From: Yuukianura sp. NJ FZ-2021
Taxonomy: Eukaryota
Assembly: GCA_046563655.1 (NCBI GenBank)
Contig: CM102283.1
Span: 2,728,001 to 2,792,000, forward strand
Length of the DNA: 64,000 nucleotides
Direction of reading: 5' to 3'
Shown: positions 63,802 through 64,000 of the stretch, one piece after another
Numbering within the stretch: position 1 is the first letter of the stretch
Layout of the letters: each line of letters begins with the position of its first letter
Translations under genes and position numbers: made by a program
Notes under the pieces: model-generated
What the model was told of the DNA's origin: nothing
The model's database searches: none
The model's input: the letters and a program-made list of their open reading frames with translations, nothing else

Positions 63802-64000
63802 GTGAGTCATTCAACGATATTTGAATTTTTTAAATTAAAAATTTAAATTTTGCCGCCTTTTTCGTGTCACTGATTATACCGCCTCTGCTTCATCAAAAAT
63901 TCAAATAATCAAAGATTATAAACAAAAAAGTTTGGCACAGTGTGAGTCAGAACACAAAATTTAGACGAAGCCTTTGACTCATTCACAACTTTCCAAATTT

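Overview
AT-rich eukaryotic genomic DNA with short GT-AG introns. It is an arthropod (cuticular ChtBD2/CPAP-type gene, rolling stone), probably a non-holometabolous hexapod such as a springtail; this is inferred from a retained NPARD aquaglyceroporin and the intron style. Gene models were spliced by eye, so exon edges are approximate. Left to right: (1) a ~9.4-kb tandem duplication. Each unit has a minus-strand multi-C-type-lectin membrane protein gene, an orphan secreted 8-Cys protein gene nested antisense in its intron (frameshifted in copy 1), and a divergently transcribed type II membrane carboxylesterase. (2) A CPAP1-like chitin-binding gene. (3) An unusually divergent SMC2 head-to-head with a CCDC42/CFAP73-like gene. 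(4) A rolling stone-like gene. (5) BLM helicase with an atypical N-terminal CxxC..CxxC motif. (6) EXD3/Mut-7/Nibbler. (7) A putative adaptor gene whose ~15-kb first intron holds a decayed pogo element, a 2.2-kb non-autonomous hAT element, an aquaglyceroporin and two tandem secreted DM9-repeat genes. The most notable observation is the aquaglyceroporin, whose predicted ar/R filter is G-S-G-R, the signature of plant silicic-acid channels. No prokaryotic features or CRISPR arrays are present.
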